A stretch of DNA of 62,679 nt, filler included, from a bacterium (lineage in GTDB: Bacteria; JAMORN01), in assembly GCA_027063545.1 (NCBI GenBank). It is 19 parts of 19 records of this genome, joined end to end, with 100 filler letters (N's around TTAATTAATTAA, not from the genome) between each part and the next. Parts side by side here need not be neighbours in the genome. Positions count along the whole stretch, not along the records: positions 53,890 to 56,019 come from JAMORN010000016.1; positions 56,120 to 58,248 come from JAMORN010000018.1; positions 58,349 to 60,466 come from JAMORN010000019.1; positions 60,567 to 62,679 come from JAMORN010000020.1; 15 more parts are not named here. The stretch is one strand, 5' to 3'. The position numbers and the translations under genes were made by a program. The notes beneath the pieces are model-generated. The model worked only from the letters and a program-made list of their open reading frames with translations. It ran no database searches and was not told the DNA's origin. Positions 54,356 to 62,679 of this stretch are shown here, piece after piece. The first letter of the stretch is position 1; each line of letters starts with the position of its first letter.

Positions 54356-55302
54356 TATCTCTCTCTAACTAAACTTAAATTTAAATCGTTTTCTTTAGAA
54401 AATTCTGTGATTGATTTATATTCTTTCATATCTACTCTATAATTTTTAGGATATTCTACTAATATATCTTTTTGATCCAGAGAAATCTTTTTAATTTCGT
54501 CTATTAATTTGTTTTTAATATTTACTAATTTAACTTTCTTTCCTATTTCTGAATGGTCTGGAATTATTTTTGAAGATTTTACTGTAGAGTATTTAAATTT
54601 TTGAGTTTCTAAAAAATCATCTTTAGATTTTTTAGATTCTTTATTTTGAGAATTGATAGTTGCTACGAAAGCATTAAAAGAAATAGTACTAATGTACGTA
54701 AATGCTGATACATATTGTCCGGAAATTTTAGATTGTTTATACGGAGCAAATCTCCAAGTATATTTTAAAATATGTTCTATGGCTAAAGATTTCATTTCAT
54801 TCTTATACGAATATCCTGAAAAGTTAGGCCTAGTAAGTATATTATTAATAATTATCAAAACCATCTCTCCAAAAATATTAGGATCTCTATAAATGAAAGT
54901 AGCAGAGCTTAAATCTTTTATTCTATCTCTAATATATCTTTTTTTCTTTTGTAAACCTTTTTCTATAGATCTTTCTAAGTCACTATACTCATCTCTCAAA
55001 TTCTCTATTTCTTGTATATATTCATCATTATATTTAGGAATAGATTTTAAAAAAGTAAATTTAGTATATAAATTTGGTAGTTTTTCCGTAGGTATCTTTT
55101 TTTCATTTTTAGAAGCATTTATTAAACCGTACGGTGTAGAATTCTTCATTAATTTATTAATATTATATTTTCTTATATTTTTGATTATTTTAGAGTTGTT
55201 GAAAAGTATTAATTCTGAATTTATGATAGGTTCAGGTAGATAGCTATTTAATCTTTTTTCTAAATCTTTTTCTAATTCCTCGATAGAGGTTTTATCTATC
55301 AT
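54355..55302 (-). CDS. T4 gp55-like late-transcription sigma factor with long N-terminal extension
   Basis: FGEMVL.I..NI..RPNFSGYSYKNEM.S.AIE.ILKY..RF.P....SAFTYISTI.FNAFV..I. Confidence 0.8.
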   Translation of the reverse strand: MIDKTSIEELEKDLEKRLNSYLPEPIINSELILFNNSKIIKNIRKYNINKLMKNSTPYGLINASKNEKKIPTEKLPNLYTKFTFLKSIPKYNDEYIQEIENLRDEYSDLERSIEKGLQKKKRYIRDRIKDLSSATFIYRDPNIFGEMVLIIINNILTRPNFSGYSYKNEMKSLAIEHILKYTWRFAPYKQSKISGQYVSAFTYISTISFNAFVATINSQNKESKKSKDDFLETQKFKYSTVKSSKIIPDHSEIGKKVKLVNIKNKLIDEIKKISLDQKDILVEYPKNYRVDMKEYKSITEFSKENDLNLSLVRER

Positions 55303-55332
55303 TACGTTTCCTTATTTCATATTATATAATTT

Positions 55333-55375
55333 ATTATATATGAAATTACTTAATTTAACCTTAAATTAAGCTTAA
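55333..55375 (-). promoter_or_regulatory. Phage promoter TTAAG-N6-TTAAG-N6-TTAAG-N10-TATAAT upstream of gp55-like gene
   Basis: Direct reading of the minus strand; a divergent TTAAG-N10-TATAAT lies on + at 55366-55386. Confidence 0.6.
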
Positions 55376-55393
55376 TAATATATAATGCAGACA

Positions 55394-55401
55394 TATAAAT
55401 A
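55394..55401 (+). promoter_or_regulatory. T4-type late promoter TATAAATA (second copy at 55685-55692)
   Basis: Exact octamer ahead of each + strand coding unit on a contig encoding a gp55-like sigma. Confidence 0.55.
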
Positions 55402-55425
55402 ATATAAAGGGAGATAAATAAATAA

Positions 55426-55668
55426 ATAAAAGCGTTTAAAAGATATTCTACAGAAGGAAAAAACATTAAGGTTGATGTTTCTGAATTAATTGATGCGTAC
55501 TCGGATGGTGGAGAGCAAGAGCAAGATGATTTTTTCTATTTCTTAAACTCTTCAAAACAATTTGGTTTAAAAGATAAAGATTGGAGTTGATTAGATGATA
55601 TTATGATTGAACTTCCTGCTAAGTTTAAGAAATTTATTAAAAGCTGGAATGTAGAAGTAGTAAACTAA
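55426..55668 (+). pseudogene. Phage small ORF with ATA in place of a start and internal TGA at 55588
   Basis: SD AAAGGGAG; (I)KAFKRYSTEGK...DKDWS*LDDIMIELP...VEVVN*. Confidence 0.45.
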
Positions 55669-55790
55669 TTAGAATATTTAGATTTATAAATAATTAGTTA
55701 GAGATTTAAATAAAAAGCATGAATATTTTATATAAACTACAAATTGTTAAATTAGAAAAGCAACTTAAAAAAACTAAAGGAAGTATAATA

Positions 55791-56019
55791 ATGAAATTTA
55801 CAGAATTATTTAACGAATCAAAGACAAATTTTAATAAAATTGAAAATATTTTATTAAAAGCGGAAAAATCCAAAGACGAAATAACTTTTCTTAATAATAT
55901 GATAGAAATATTGAAAGCAACAACAAACGATGATATTTTAAATGGAGTGAAACTTATGATATTATCTGCAGATAAAAACGGTAAAAATGATGAAATTATA
56001 TTGAATTTTAGAAAATTAT
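55791..56019 (+). CDS. Phage hypothetical protein (3' truncated)
   Basis: AAAGGA SD then MKFTELFNES; frame also open from ATG 55719. Confidence 0.6.
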
Positions 56020-56119
56020 NNNNNNNNNNNNNNNNNNNNNNNNNNNNNNNNNNNNNNNNNNNNTTAATTAATTAANNNNNNNNNNNNNNNNNNNNNNNNN
56101 NNNNNNNNNNNNNNNNNNN

Positions 56120-56173
56120 TTTTAAAACTCTTATTACTTCTAAAGCTATGAGCTGGGTTTTAGGGTTAGTCAT
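56120..56173 (-). CDS. Probable type II restriction endonuclease N-terminus, TdeIII/MjaII-like (3' truncated)
   Basis: ATGA overlap with AIPR stop; MTNPKTQLIALEVIRVLK; only 18 codons visible. Confidence 0.4.
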
Positions 56174-57903
56174 TGCTTTTGAATAGAATTTATAATTATA
56201 TCTTTGGTTTCTACTTTATATAACTGCTTTTGATCTAAATAGTTTACTCCACTGTTTTTAATGAAAAGTGTTGCATAATGAACATACTTTAGAAAATTTT
56301 CTTCTTTACTTATTACATTAAACATATCTTCACAGTATTTATCTATTTTTTTACTTCTTAAATCTGGAATTTCCTTTCCATAAATATAAGGAATCAGCAT
56401 TAAAATATGAAATTTAGATTTTCTAAAACTTTTATCTAATTTTCCCCTATTAAAAGCTTGCATTAATTTAAAGAATATAAAACTACTTAGGTAATATGGA
56501 TAAGGTCTGTGCTCTTTATTGAAAATATCTTTTCCAAATCTTTTCGTCAATTTTCCATAATATCCTGATGCTTCATGTGGTAATCCTAAAAACATAGAAG
56601 CAAATGTTTTAGCTTGTGTTTTCATATCAATTATTCTGTTTTTTTGAACATCTTGATATAGATATTGATTTTTTCTTCTTTCATAATAAAGTTTTTCTTT
56701 TACTTTTTTATTCATTGCCTCATAAAAATCTTCTAGAATTTTTTGAAAATCTGATAAAGCTGACAATTCCTCTTTATCTATTCTAGTTTGGTTATTTGTG
56801 GCCTTGATAATATCATTCTTTATTAAATCATTTTTCGTAGAGATAAATTTGATAGGTATATATACATTTTTAATTCTTTCATCTTCCTTAAATTCATAAA
56901 GAATATGTGTAGTCTGACAACCATTAACTATTTGAAAATTTTTAAGGTATAAACTCCTTCTTTTGTAATTAAGATCTTCAGATACTATAGTTAATCCATT
57001 ATTTAAGACAGGAAAATTTCTATGTTTTTCACTTTCTAAAGTCATTTTTATTTCTGAATTAACATCATTGAAACCTAAAAAATCTCTTGGGTTATCATAG
57101 AATAAAATAGAACCTCTGAAGTTTCCTTGCTCGTCTTCTATAATTTTTAAAAATTCTTTAAATGAAATAAATCCTAAATAAGCATCTTCTATATCATCCA
57201 TTTGAGGAAATGGAAGAAGATCATCTACATAGATGGTAACTTCTATATTTTTATTTGTTTTATCATAAAATCTTTTAATATCAGGAAGTCTCCAAATTTC
57301 TAAATCAAAACTGCCCATATTTTGAAATATATTAGAAAAGTAACCTTTAGTATCATTTTCTAATTTCTCTTTATCATTATCATTTATATTTGACAGTGTT
57401 GCATAAATAGCTTTTATTTGAATATTTTTTATTTTACCCATATAAAATTTAAAGATAGAGGATATAATTTCACGAAAATTTTTTACCTTTTGATTTTCAT
57501 TGGTTAACTCTTTGTCTAATTCAAGAATTTTGCCTAAACCAACTAAGAAGTGATTTATTTCGCTATTTTCTATTTTTTCTGAACTTTTCACTTGTGTGGA
57601 AATAATTTTTATATCAAATTTATCATAACTTTCTGCAAATTCTTCTAAAACATCTACAGTATCTACAACTTTCCCATTAATTATGACTGCTAATCCATCC
57701 ACAGATTCTGTATTTTCTACATTTAGATTATCTAGAACCTCCCAAGAAATTATGTCATCCGTATTTAAAGATAATGCTATATAGTTTATTAAATATTCAA
57801 GCTTTTTTGCAAAGTCTTTATTTGCATCCCTATCAAAACTAAAGTCTGTCATATCAAATTTTTTTAGAAAATCGTTAATCAAACCTTCTATAATTACTTT
57901 CAT
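56170..57903 (-). CDS. AIPR family protein
   Basis: LFYDNPRDFLG..VN.EI..TL, FPVLNNGLTIV, NFQIVNGCQT, KATNNQT, YYERR. Confidence 0.88.
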   Translation of the reverse strand: MKVIIEGLINDFLKKFDMTDFSFDRDANKDFAKKLEYLINYIALSLNTDDIISWEVLDNLNVENTESVDGLAVIINGKVVDTVDVLEEFAESYDKFDIKIISTQVKSSEKIENSEINHFLVGLGKILELDKELTNENQKVKNFREIISSIFKFYMGKIKNIQIKAIYATLSNINDNDKEKLENDTKGYFSNIFQNMGSFDLEIWRLPDIKRFYDKTNKNIEVTIYVDDLLPFPQMDDIEDAYLGFISFKEFLKIIEDEQGNFRGSILFYDNPRDFLGFNDVNSEIKMTLESEKHRNFPVLNNGLTIVSEDLNYKRRSLYLKNFQIVNGCQTTHILYEFKEDERIKNVYIPIKFISTKNDLIKNDIIKATNNQTRIDKEELSALSDFQKILEDFYEAMNKKVKEKLYYERRKNQYLYQDVQKNRIIDMKTQAKTFASMFLGLPHEASGYYGKLTKRFGKDIFNKEHRPYPYYLSSFIFFKLMQAFNRGKLDKSFRKSKFHILMLIPYIYGKEIPDLRSKKIDKYCEDMFNVISKEENFLKYVHYATLFIKNSGVNYLDQKQLYKVETKDIIINSIQKQ

Positions 57904-57904
57904 C

Positions 57905-58248
57905 TCATAACCTACCTATCACAAAAATACTCTCATAATAAGCGTTTTTATCCCTTGATGTTCTATTTAATACTGGTCTTTTGTATTCTTTTATTATTTT
58001 TAAACCGCTTTTTTTTGCTATTTCAGGATATAGATTAAACTCATCATTTGCAACTATAAATATTTGTGGATTATCAACCATATACTTTAAACAATTTCTT
58101 AAAACCTGTGAGATACCTTCTATATAACTTTCTCTTGCTTCTTTGCCTTTTCCTTTGTATAAAGGACCTATTTCAAGTTCATCTCTTCTCTGTATTCCAA
58201 AAAGCTCGTAAGCATAAGCATGTTGCTCGTGGTAGTCTATTTGCCCAA
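57905..58248 (-). CDS. DNA methyltransferase C-terminal part (5' partial; absent from ORF track)
   Basis: 114 open codons GQIDYHEQHAYAYELFG...IFIVANDEFNLYPEIA..SGL.I..EYKRPVLNRT..D...YYESIF; recognised from memory as the segment following an SPPY motif. Confidence 0.65.
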
Positions 58249-58348
58249 NNNNNNNNNNNNNNNNNNNNNNNNNNNNNNNNNNNNNNNNNNNNTTAATTAA
58301 TTAANNNNNNNNNNNNNNNNNNNNNNNNNNNNNNNNNNNNNNNNNNNN

Positions 58349-59125
58349 GATGATGATGAAGTAATTGAACATGAAGATTTTATAGAAAGAGCTTTATATA
58401 ATATGAGAGAAGATAATTTATATGCTAAAGGGGGATATTATATTCAACCATTTGGAGGCTACAAGTTTCCAGGAAAGAATGTATGGTGGAAAAGACCTTT
58501 ATGGGATAATCAAAAATATATGAATATGGCTTTTGAAAAAGTGATAGATGGGGAGCCTAGATTAAAGGATACGTCTTTTGTTTTTGGCGGAAATATGGTT
58601 GTAGCAAGGGAGTTAATAAATAGAGGTTTATGTTTTGATCCTTATATTACAAGGGGAGAGGATATTGATTACTTATTTAATGTTAAAAGAGAAGGATATA
58701 AATTTATGCTTGATAACCAACTAACAATTAAACACCTACCACCAGCAGGGCATCATCCTCAATGGGTAAAATTTAGAGAGGATGTAAAGAGATTTTTATA
58801 TATGAAGGCAAAGTTGGATACATGGGCAGGTGGAATATTAAAGGCAGAAGATTTTGATCCATATCCAGGATATTTCTTAAAAGATAATTTAAAATTAAAG
58901 ATAATAGTAACAACTATTTTACTCTTTATAGATTACTTAATAAAAGCAGATTTTATATCAGCAATTAAGACTTTATCAATATTCAAAGAGTTATTTGTTA
59001 ATTATAACAGCAGAGTAAATAAATTTATAGATTTTTATAAACTGTTTAAAGAGAATATTAATAAGTTTGAAGATGCAGAATTAAAGAGATATATAGAAAA
59101 TAATTGTATAGTTAATAAATCATAG
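58349..59125 (+). CDS. Glycosyltransferase, GT-A/GT2-like (5' partial)
   Basis: Open from contig start with DDDE; FVFGGNMV, FDPYITRGEDIDY, HLPP. Confidence 0.7.
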   Translation, partial: DDDEVIEHEDFIERALYNMREDNLYAKGGYYIQPFGGYKFPGKNVWWKRPLWDNQKYMNMAFEKVIDGEPRLKDTSFVFGGNMVVARELINRGLCFDPYITRGEDIDYLFNVKREGYKFMLDNQLTIKHLPPAGHHPQWVKFREDVKRFLYMKAKLDTWAGGILKAEDFDPYPGYFLKDNLKLKIIVTTILLFIDYLIKADFISAIKTLSIFKELFVNYNSRVNKFIDFYKLFKENINKFEDAELKRYIENNCIVNKS

Positions 59126-59220
59126 GAAGAAAATAAAAAAATTTTAATATTTGGAATTTTAAAATTTTTAAAAAAAATATTATATTTAATAAATAGGATA
59201 GTAAAAAAGGAGAGCTTTTA

Positions 59221-59694
59221 ATGAGTAACGGAAAAATTGATGTTAAATATATTAATCCTTTTATAGTATCAACAGTAGAAACGTTTGATAAAATGTTAGG
59301 AATAAAATTACAAAAGGGAACACCTTATTTAAAAAAGAAGGATGAACATAGTGATATTACAGGTATAATAGGCCTTTCAGGTGATGCAAAAGGAATTATA
59401 GCAATTACTTTTAGTAGAATTACAGCTTTAAAAACAGTTAGCAAATTTTTAGGTATGAAAGTATTAAGTATAGATGATACAGTTGCAGATGCTGTAGGAG
59501 AATTAATAAACATCATAGCGGGTAATGCAAAGCAATATTTAAAGGATTTAAAGGTAGATATATCTTTACCAAAGGTAATAATAGGGCATTCTCATTCTGT
59601 TTCAGACTTAACAGAGATACCTACAATAGTAATACCTTTTGAAAGTGAATTAGGACAATTTAAAATAGAAGTGGCATTAAGAGAATCAAATTAA
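59221..59694 (+). CDS. cheX: Chemotaxis phosphatase CheX
   Basis: YINPFI, ITGIIGLSG, DAVGELINIIAGNA (ExxN), ISLP.VI.G. Confidence 0.9.
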   Translation: MSNGKIDVKYINPFIVSTVETFDKMLGIKLQKGTPYLKKKDEHSDITGIIGLSGDAKGIIAITFSRITALKTVSKFLGMKVLSIDDTVADAVGELINIIAGNAKQYLKDLKVDISLPKVIIGHSHSVSDLTEIPTIVIPFESELGQFKIEVALRESN

Positions 59695-59736
59695 ATAGTT
59701 AATATCAATTAAAATAATAAAAGGAGATAGATTGTT

Positions 59737-60108
59737 ATGAAAATTCTTATGGTAGATGATTCAAAAACAATGTTAAGAATAGAGAAGAATGTTTTACAAA
59801 AATTAGGATTAAATGCCGAAATTGTTGAAGCTTATGATGGGGAAGATGGTTGGGAAAAGTATCAGCAAGATAAATACGATTTAATAATGGTAGATTGGAA
59901 TATGCCGAAGATGACAGGTATAGAACTTGTAAAAAAGATAAGGGCTGTAGATAAAGAGACAAAAATAGTAATGGTGACATCAGAAAGTGAAAAGTCTCAT
60001 ATTATTGAAGCTATAAAAGCCGGTGTTAATCAGTATATTGTAAAGCCTTTTGATGAAAATACAATGAAAAGAAAACTTCAAGAATTAAAGATTTTACCCC
60101 CGGATTAA
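59737..60108 (+). CDS. cheY: Single-domain response regulator, CheY-like
   Basis: VDDS, DWNMP, MVTSE, YIVKPF; downstream of cheX. Confidence 0.82.
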   Translation: MKILMVDDSKTMLRIEKNVLQKLGLNAEIVEAYDGEDGWEKYQQDKYDLIMVDWNMPKMTGIELVKKIRAVDKETKIVMVTSESEKSHIIEAIKAGVNQYIVKPFDENTMKRKLQELKILPPD

Positions 60109-60151
60109 TATAGAATTAATTAAAATTAATGAAATAATTTTAGTAGTTGAT

Positions 60152-60466
60152 TTATTTTTTATTTTCTTTAAGAATTATATTAATAAATATATCTGTAAGT
60201 TTAGGGTCAAAATATTTACTTTTTTCTTTTTTTATAATTTTTAAAGCTTCTTCTATGGACATGGCCTTTCTGTAAGGCCTGTCTGTTGTTAATGCGTCAT
60301 ACACATCGCAAATAGCAATTATTCTAGATCCTAAAGGTATTTTTTCACCTTTTAATCCATCAGGATATCCTGTGCCGTCCCATTTTTCGTGGTGATGAAG
60401 GACAAGATCAGATATCTCGGTAAAAAAAGGTACATTTTTTAATATATTTGCACCTATAATAACATG
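60152..60466 (-). CDS. HD-GYP domain protein C-terminus (5' partial; absent from ORF track)
   Basis: HHHEKWDGTGYPDGLKGEKIP..SRIIAICDVYDALT.DRPY, FDP. Confidence 0.9.
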   Translation of the reverse strand, partial: HVIIGANILKNVPFFTEISDLVLHHHEKWDGTGYPDGLKGEKIPLGSRIIAICDVYDALTTDRPYRKAMSIEEALKIIKKEKSKYFDPKLTDIFINIILKENKK

Positions 60467-60699
60467 NNNNNNNNNNNNNNNNNNNNNNNNNNNNNNNNNN
60501 NNNNNNNNNNTTAATTAATTAANNNNNNNNNNNNNNNNNNNNNNNNNNNNNNNNNNNNNNNNNNNNGATTTTTATATATACTTTAAGATCTTTGGTAAAA
60601 TTTAAGATAATAATAAAAAAATGGTATATGATAATGAAAGTATAGATTTTAATAGGAAAGGTGAAATTGAATACATTGCAACTTCTATAAATAATAATA

Positions 60700-60963
60700 G
60701 TGAGAAAGTTAATTATCCATTTAAATTATACATTATACAATAATAAAAATAGGAATACGAAAAAAGATTCCCAAAGTGAGGTTTCTTCCCGATCTATTTT
60801 TAATGCTTTTGTATATGTTTGTATATATCAAGATATGTATATGGGATATTTTATGAATTCAGGAGAAACTAATATACTTGATTACTTATAGATAATAGTA
60901 CCAGTATTAAAATCAAATGGTGGATGGTGTCTAGTTGGTAGAGAAGAACAAATGAACAAATAA
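60700..60963 (+). pseudogene. Degenerate copy of the Cys-rich membrane domain found in the two downstream genes
   Basis: NAFVYVCIYQDMYMGYFMNSGETNILDYL*...KSNGG versus ASVCLGDIRVGYYMNQG..VDYL...KSNG. Confidence 0.45.
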
Positions 60964-61207
60964 TGAGAGTAACTTCAGGAGGTTTATTAGATAATAGAGT
61001 AACATATCAATGTTGTAATAGGATGTGTTTGGTATTAGCTCTTTATTATGGTTTCTCAAATATAGCAATTTTTTCTGCATTAGTTGACTTACAATTTATG
61101 ATATATTATTTTGTTGATGTAACAAGAGGAACAACAGGGACGATTATGTTAATAGAGAGAAGCTTAAAGTTTTTGGGAAAGAAAATTAAATTATAAAGGA
61201 GGGAGGT

Positions 61208-62215
61208 ATGAGAGTTGTATTATTAGCTTTTATTTTTTTGATAATTAATTTTAATTTGACTTTTTCAAGTTCAGATAAGGAAAAAATAAATATAGCTGTT
61301 ATGGAACTTACTGGACAGGGTATTGATAAATCTGCAAGAATTGGGCTTACTAATATAATTATATCTACCATAAGTGAGAATTATAAAGATAGATATAACA
61401 TTTTAGAAAGGGATCAAATAGATTATATATTAAAGGAACAAGGTTTTCAACAGGCAGTAGGTTGTAATGATGTTTCATGTGCTGTTGAAATAGGTCAGTT
61501 ATTAGGTGTGAGCTATTTAATTATAGGAAATGTAGAAAAAATTGGACAACTTTATATTATTACTTTAAAAATAGTTAATGTTTCTTCTGCAAAGATAGAA
61601 AAGGTTATAACTAAGGAGTTTAAAGGGAGAAAAGAAAAGCTTGTTAAATTGATAAAATTCATGACAATCTATTTAATAGAAGGAGATGAGGGGGTAAAGG
61701 AACTCGTAAGTAAATATAAAGGGAATGTAAATTCATTTGCTGAAACTCAAAAAGGATTAAGTTTTGAGACAATGCAGCCACCTAAAAAAATAGTTTCAGC
61801 GAATGAGGCATGTGCAAATGCAGTGTTTAGTATATGTTGTTTAGGAGATATCAGATTAGGATATTATCTAAATCAGGGCTATGAGTTAAAATTTAAAGAT
61901 GTTATTCAAACTCCATTTTTTCCTTTAGGAAGGTTATATACATCTGTTTGTGTGGCAGGTTCTAAGGGAGGAGTTGAGGGTTGCTGTGCTGCATGGGTTT
62001 TAGGTCTTAAAGCAGGGGAAGATATAAGAAAATATAAATTAAGAAAAATAGAAAAATTAGTATGTGCTACTCAGATAGCTTATTTGATTCCTACTTATGG
62101 ATATTTTATAGCATATCCTTTACAGATGATAGTAGAAGTATATATACTTTATGAAGTTTACTCTGGAAAAACTTGGTATGATGTTGTTAAAAGTGAAAGT
62201 TTAAATAAAATTTAG
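61208..62215 (+). CDS. Secreted/membrane protein: CsgG/TolB-N-like domain plus Cys-rich C-terminal domain
   Basis: Signal peptide; NIAVMEL, ILERDQI..ILKEQGFQQ..GC.D.SCAVEIGQLLGV; CCLGDIRLGYYLNQG. Confidence 0.75.
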   Translation: MRVVLLAFIFLIINFNLTFSSSDKEKINIAVMELTGQGIDKSARIGLTNIIISTISENYKDRYNILERDQIDYILKEQGFQQAVGCNDVSCAVEIGQLLGVSYLIIGNVEKIGQLYIITLKIVNVSSAKIEKVITKEFKGRKEKLVKLIKFMTIYLIEGDEGVKELVSKYKGNVNSFAETQKGLSFETMQPPKKIVSANEACANAVFSICCLGDIRLGYYLNQGYELKFKDVIQTPFFPLGRLYTSVCVAGSKGGVEGCCAAWVLGLKAGEDIRKYKLRKIEKLVCATQIAYLIPTYGYFIAYPLQMIVEVYILYEVYSGKTWYDVVKSESLNKI

Positions 62216-62225
62216 TAATATTTTA

Positions 62226-62254
62226 TTGAAAGATTGAAATTATGTATTTATTTT
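62226..62254 (+). promoter_or_regulatory. Promoter TTGAAA-N17-TATTTT
   Basis: Correct spacing, upstream of SD GAGGTG and ATG 62309. Confidence 0.45.
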
Positions 62255-62308
62255 AAAGTAAAAAGAATTTAAGTTATTGTTTTTATTTAAACAAAAAAAG
62301 AGGTGTCT

Positions 62309-62679
62309 ATGAAGAAGCCTTTAAGTATTTTTTTAGGTGTTTTTATATTAATCATAGCAAATACTAATATAATTAATGGAAGTGTAAAGTCATGTTGTGC
62401 TTCTGTTTGTTTAGGAGATATAAGAGTTGGGTATTATATGAACCAAGGATATGAACTAAGAGATGTTGATTATTTGGAGAGTATACCTCTTAGTTGTTGT
62501 ACTTTTTCTGTTTCAAGACTTTACGCAGCTTATCAAACAGGTTACAAATCTAACGGCTGTATGGGAGGTATTATATCTTTCTTTTTGGGAAATAAAGCCG
62601 GAGAAGAGTTGGATAAATATACTTTTAGACCTTTAGAAAAGATAATTATGAGAGTGATAGGATTGGGATTATTAACAGG
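62309..62679 (+). CDS. Stand-alone paralog of the Cys-rich membrane domain (runs off window; absent from ORF track)
   Basis: MKKPLSIFLG...SCCASVCLGDIRVGYYMNQGYEL...GNKAGEELDKY.FR.LEK. Confidence 0.75.
   Translation, partial: MKKPLSIFLGVFILIIANTNIINGSVKSCCASVCLGDIRVGYYMNQGYELRDVDYLESIPLSCCTFSVSRLYAAYQTGYKSNGCMGGIISFFLGNKAGEELDKYTFRPLEKIIMRVIGLGLLT

Larger units (their letters stand above)
53890..56019. mobile_element. Fragment of a T4-like large dsDNA phage genome
   Basis: gp55-like sigma, gp33-like coactivator, TATAAATA motifs, SLEGAP-repeat protein; no host genes on the contig. Confidence 0.8.

Noticed and set aside
54653-55243. Two + strand ORFs (79 and 116 aa)
   Set aside because: Antisense shadows of the gp55-like gene
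58009-58016. Homopolymer frameshift or phase variation in the methyltransferase
   Set aside because: The 8-nt run keeps the frame open to the stop at 57905
53890-58248. Phage genes next to AIPR/RM genes as a prophage-borne defence island
   Set aside because: A linker at 56020-56119 separates them; they are independent contigs
58066-58296. 76-aa + strand ORF from the track
   Set aside because: Shadow of the minus-strand methyltransferase fragment
60963-61196. 77-aa ORF upstream of the CsgG-like gene
   Set aside because: No SD or recognisable motif; may be part of the decayed region, so not called

Overview
This window is not a contiguous genomic region. It is 19 short contigs, mostly about 2.1-2.3 kb with three of 6-13 kb, joined by artificial 100-nt linkers (N44-TTAATTAATTAA-N44). 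Adjacency across a linker therefore means nothing, and many genes are cut at contig ends. Most contigs carry housekeeping genes of a very AT-rich, LPS-producing, probably anaerobic bacterium: dxr, nfo, hflX, gyrA, large purL, lpxK, accD, folC, queE, panD, nadE, bioAD, serS, polA, tsaE, hydF, tRNA-Phe. FCB-superphylum affinity is inferred from a T9SS-type C-terminal domain, a PorX-like regulator next to tsaE and a Gld-like ABC transporter. The accessory or foreign pieces are: (1) an integron-cassette-like unit, a >=705-aa Zn-ribbon/PD-(D/E)xK protein whose stop codon lies in a 57-bp attC-architecture site; (2) a T4-like phage fragment with coupled gp55-like late sigma and gp33-like coactivator genes, TATAAATA late promoters and TTAAG-periodic sigma70-type promoters; (3) a methyltransferase-AIPR-restriction endonuclease operon; (4) a tandem family of Cys-rich membrane proteins; (5) a contig of decayed gene fragments; (6) a HigB-type toxin gene with an operator palindrome. 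No CRISPR array or rRNA was seen. All family assignments come from motif recognition by eye; no database searches were run.
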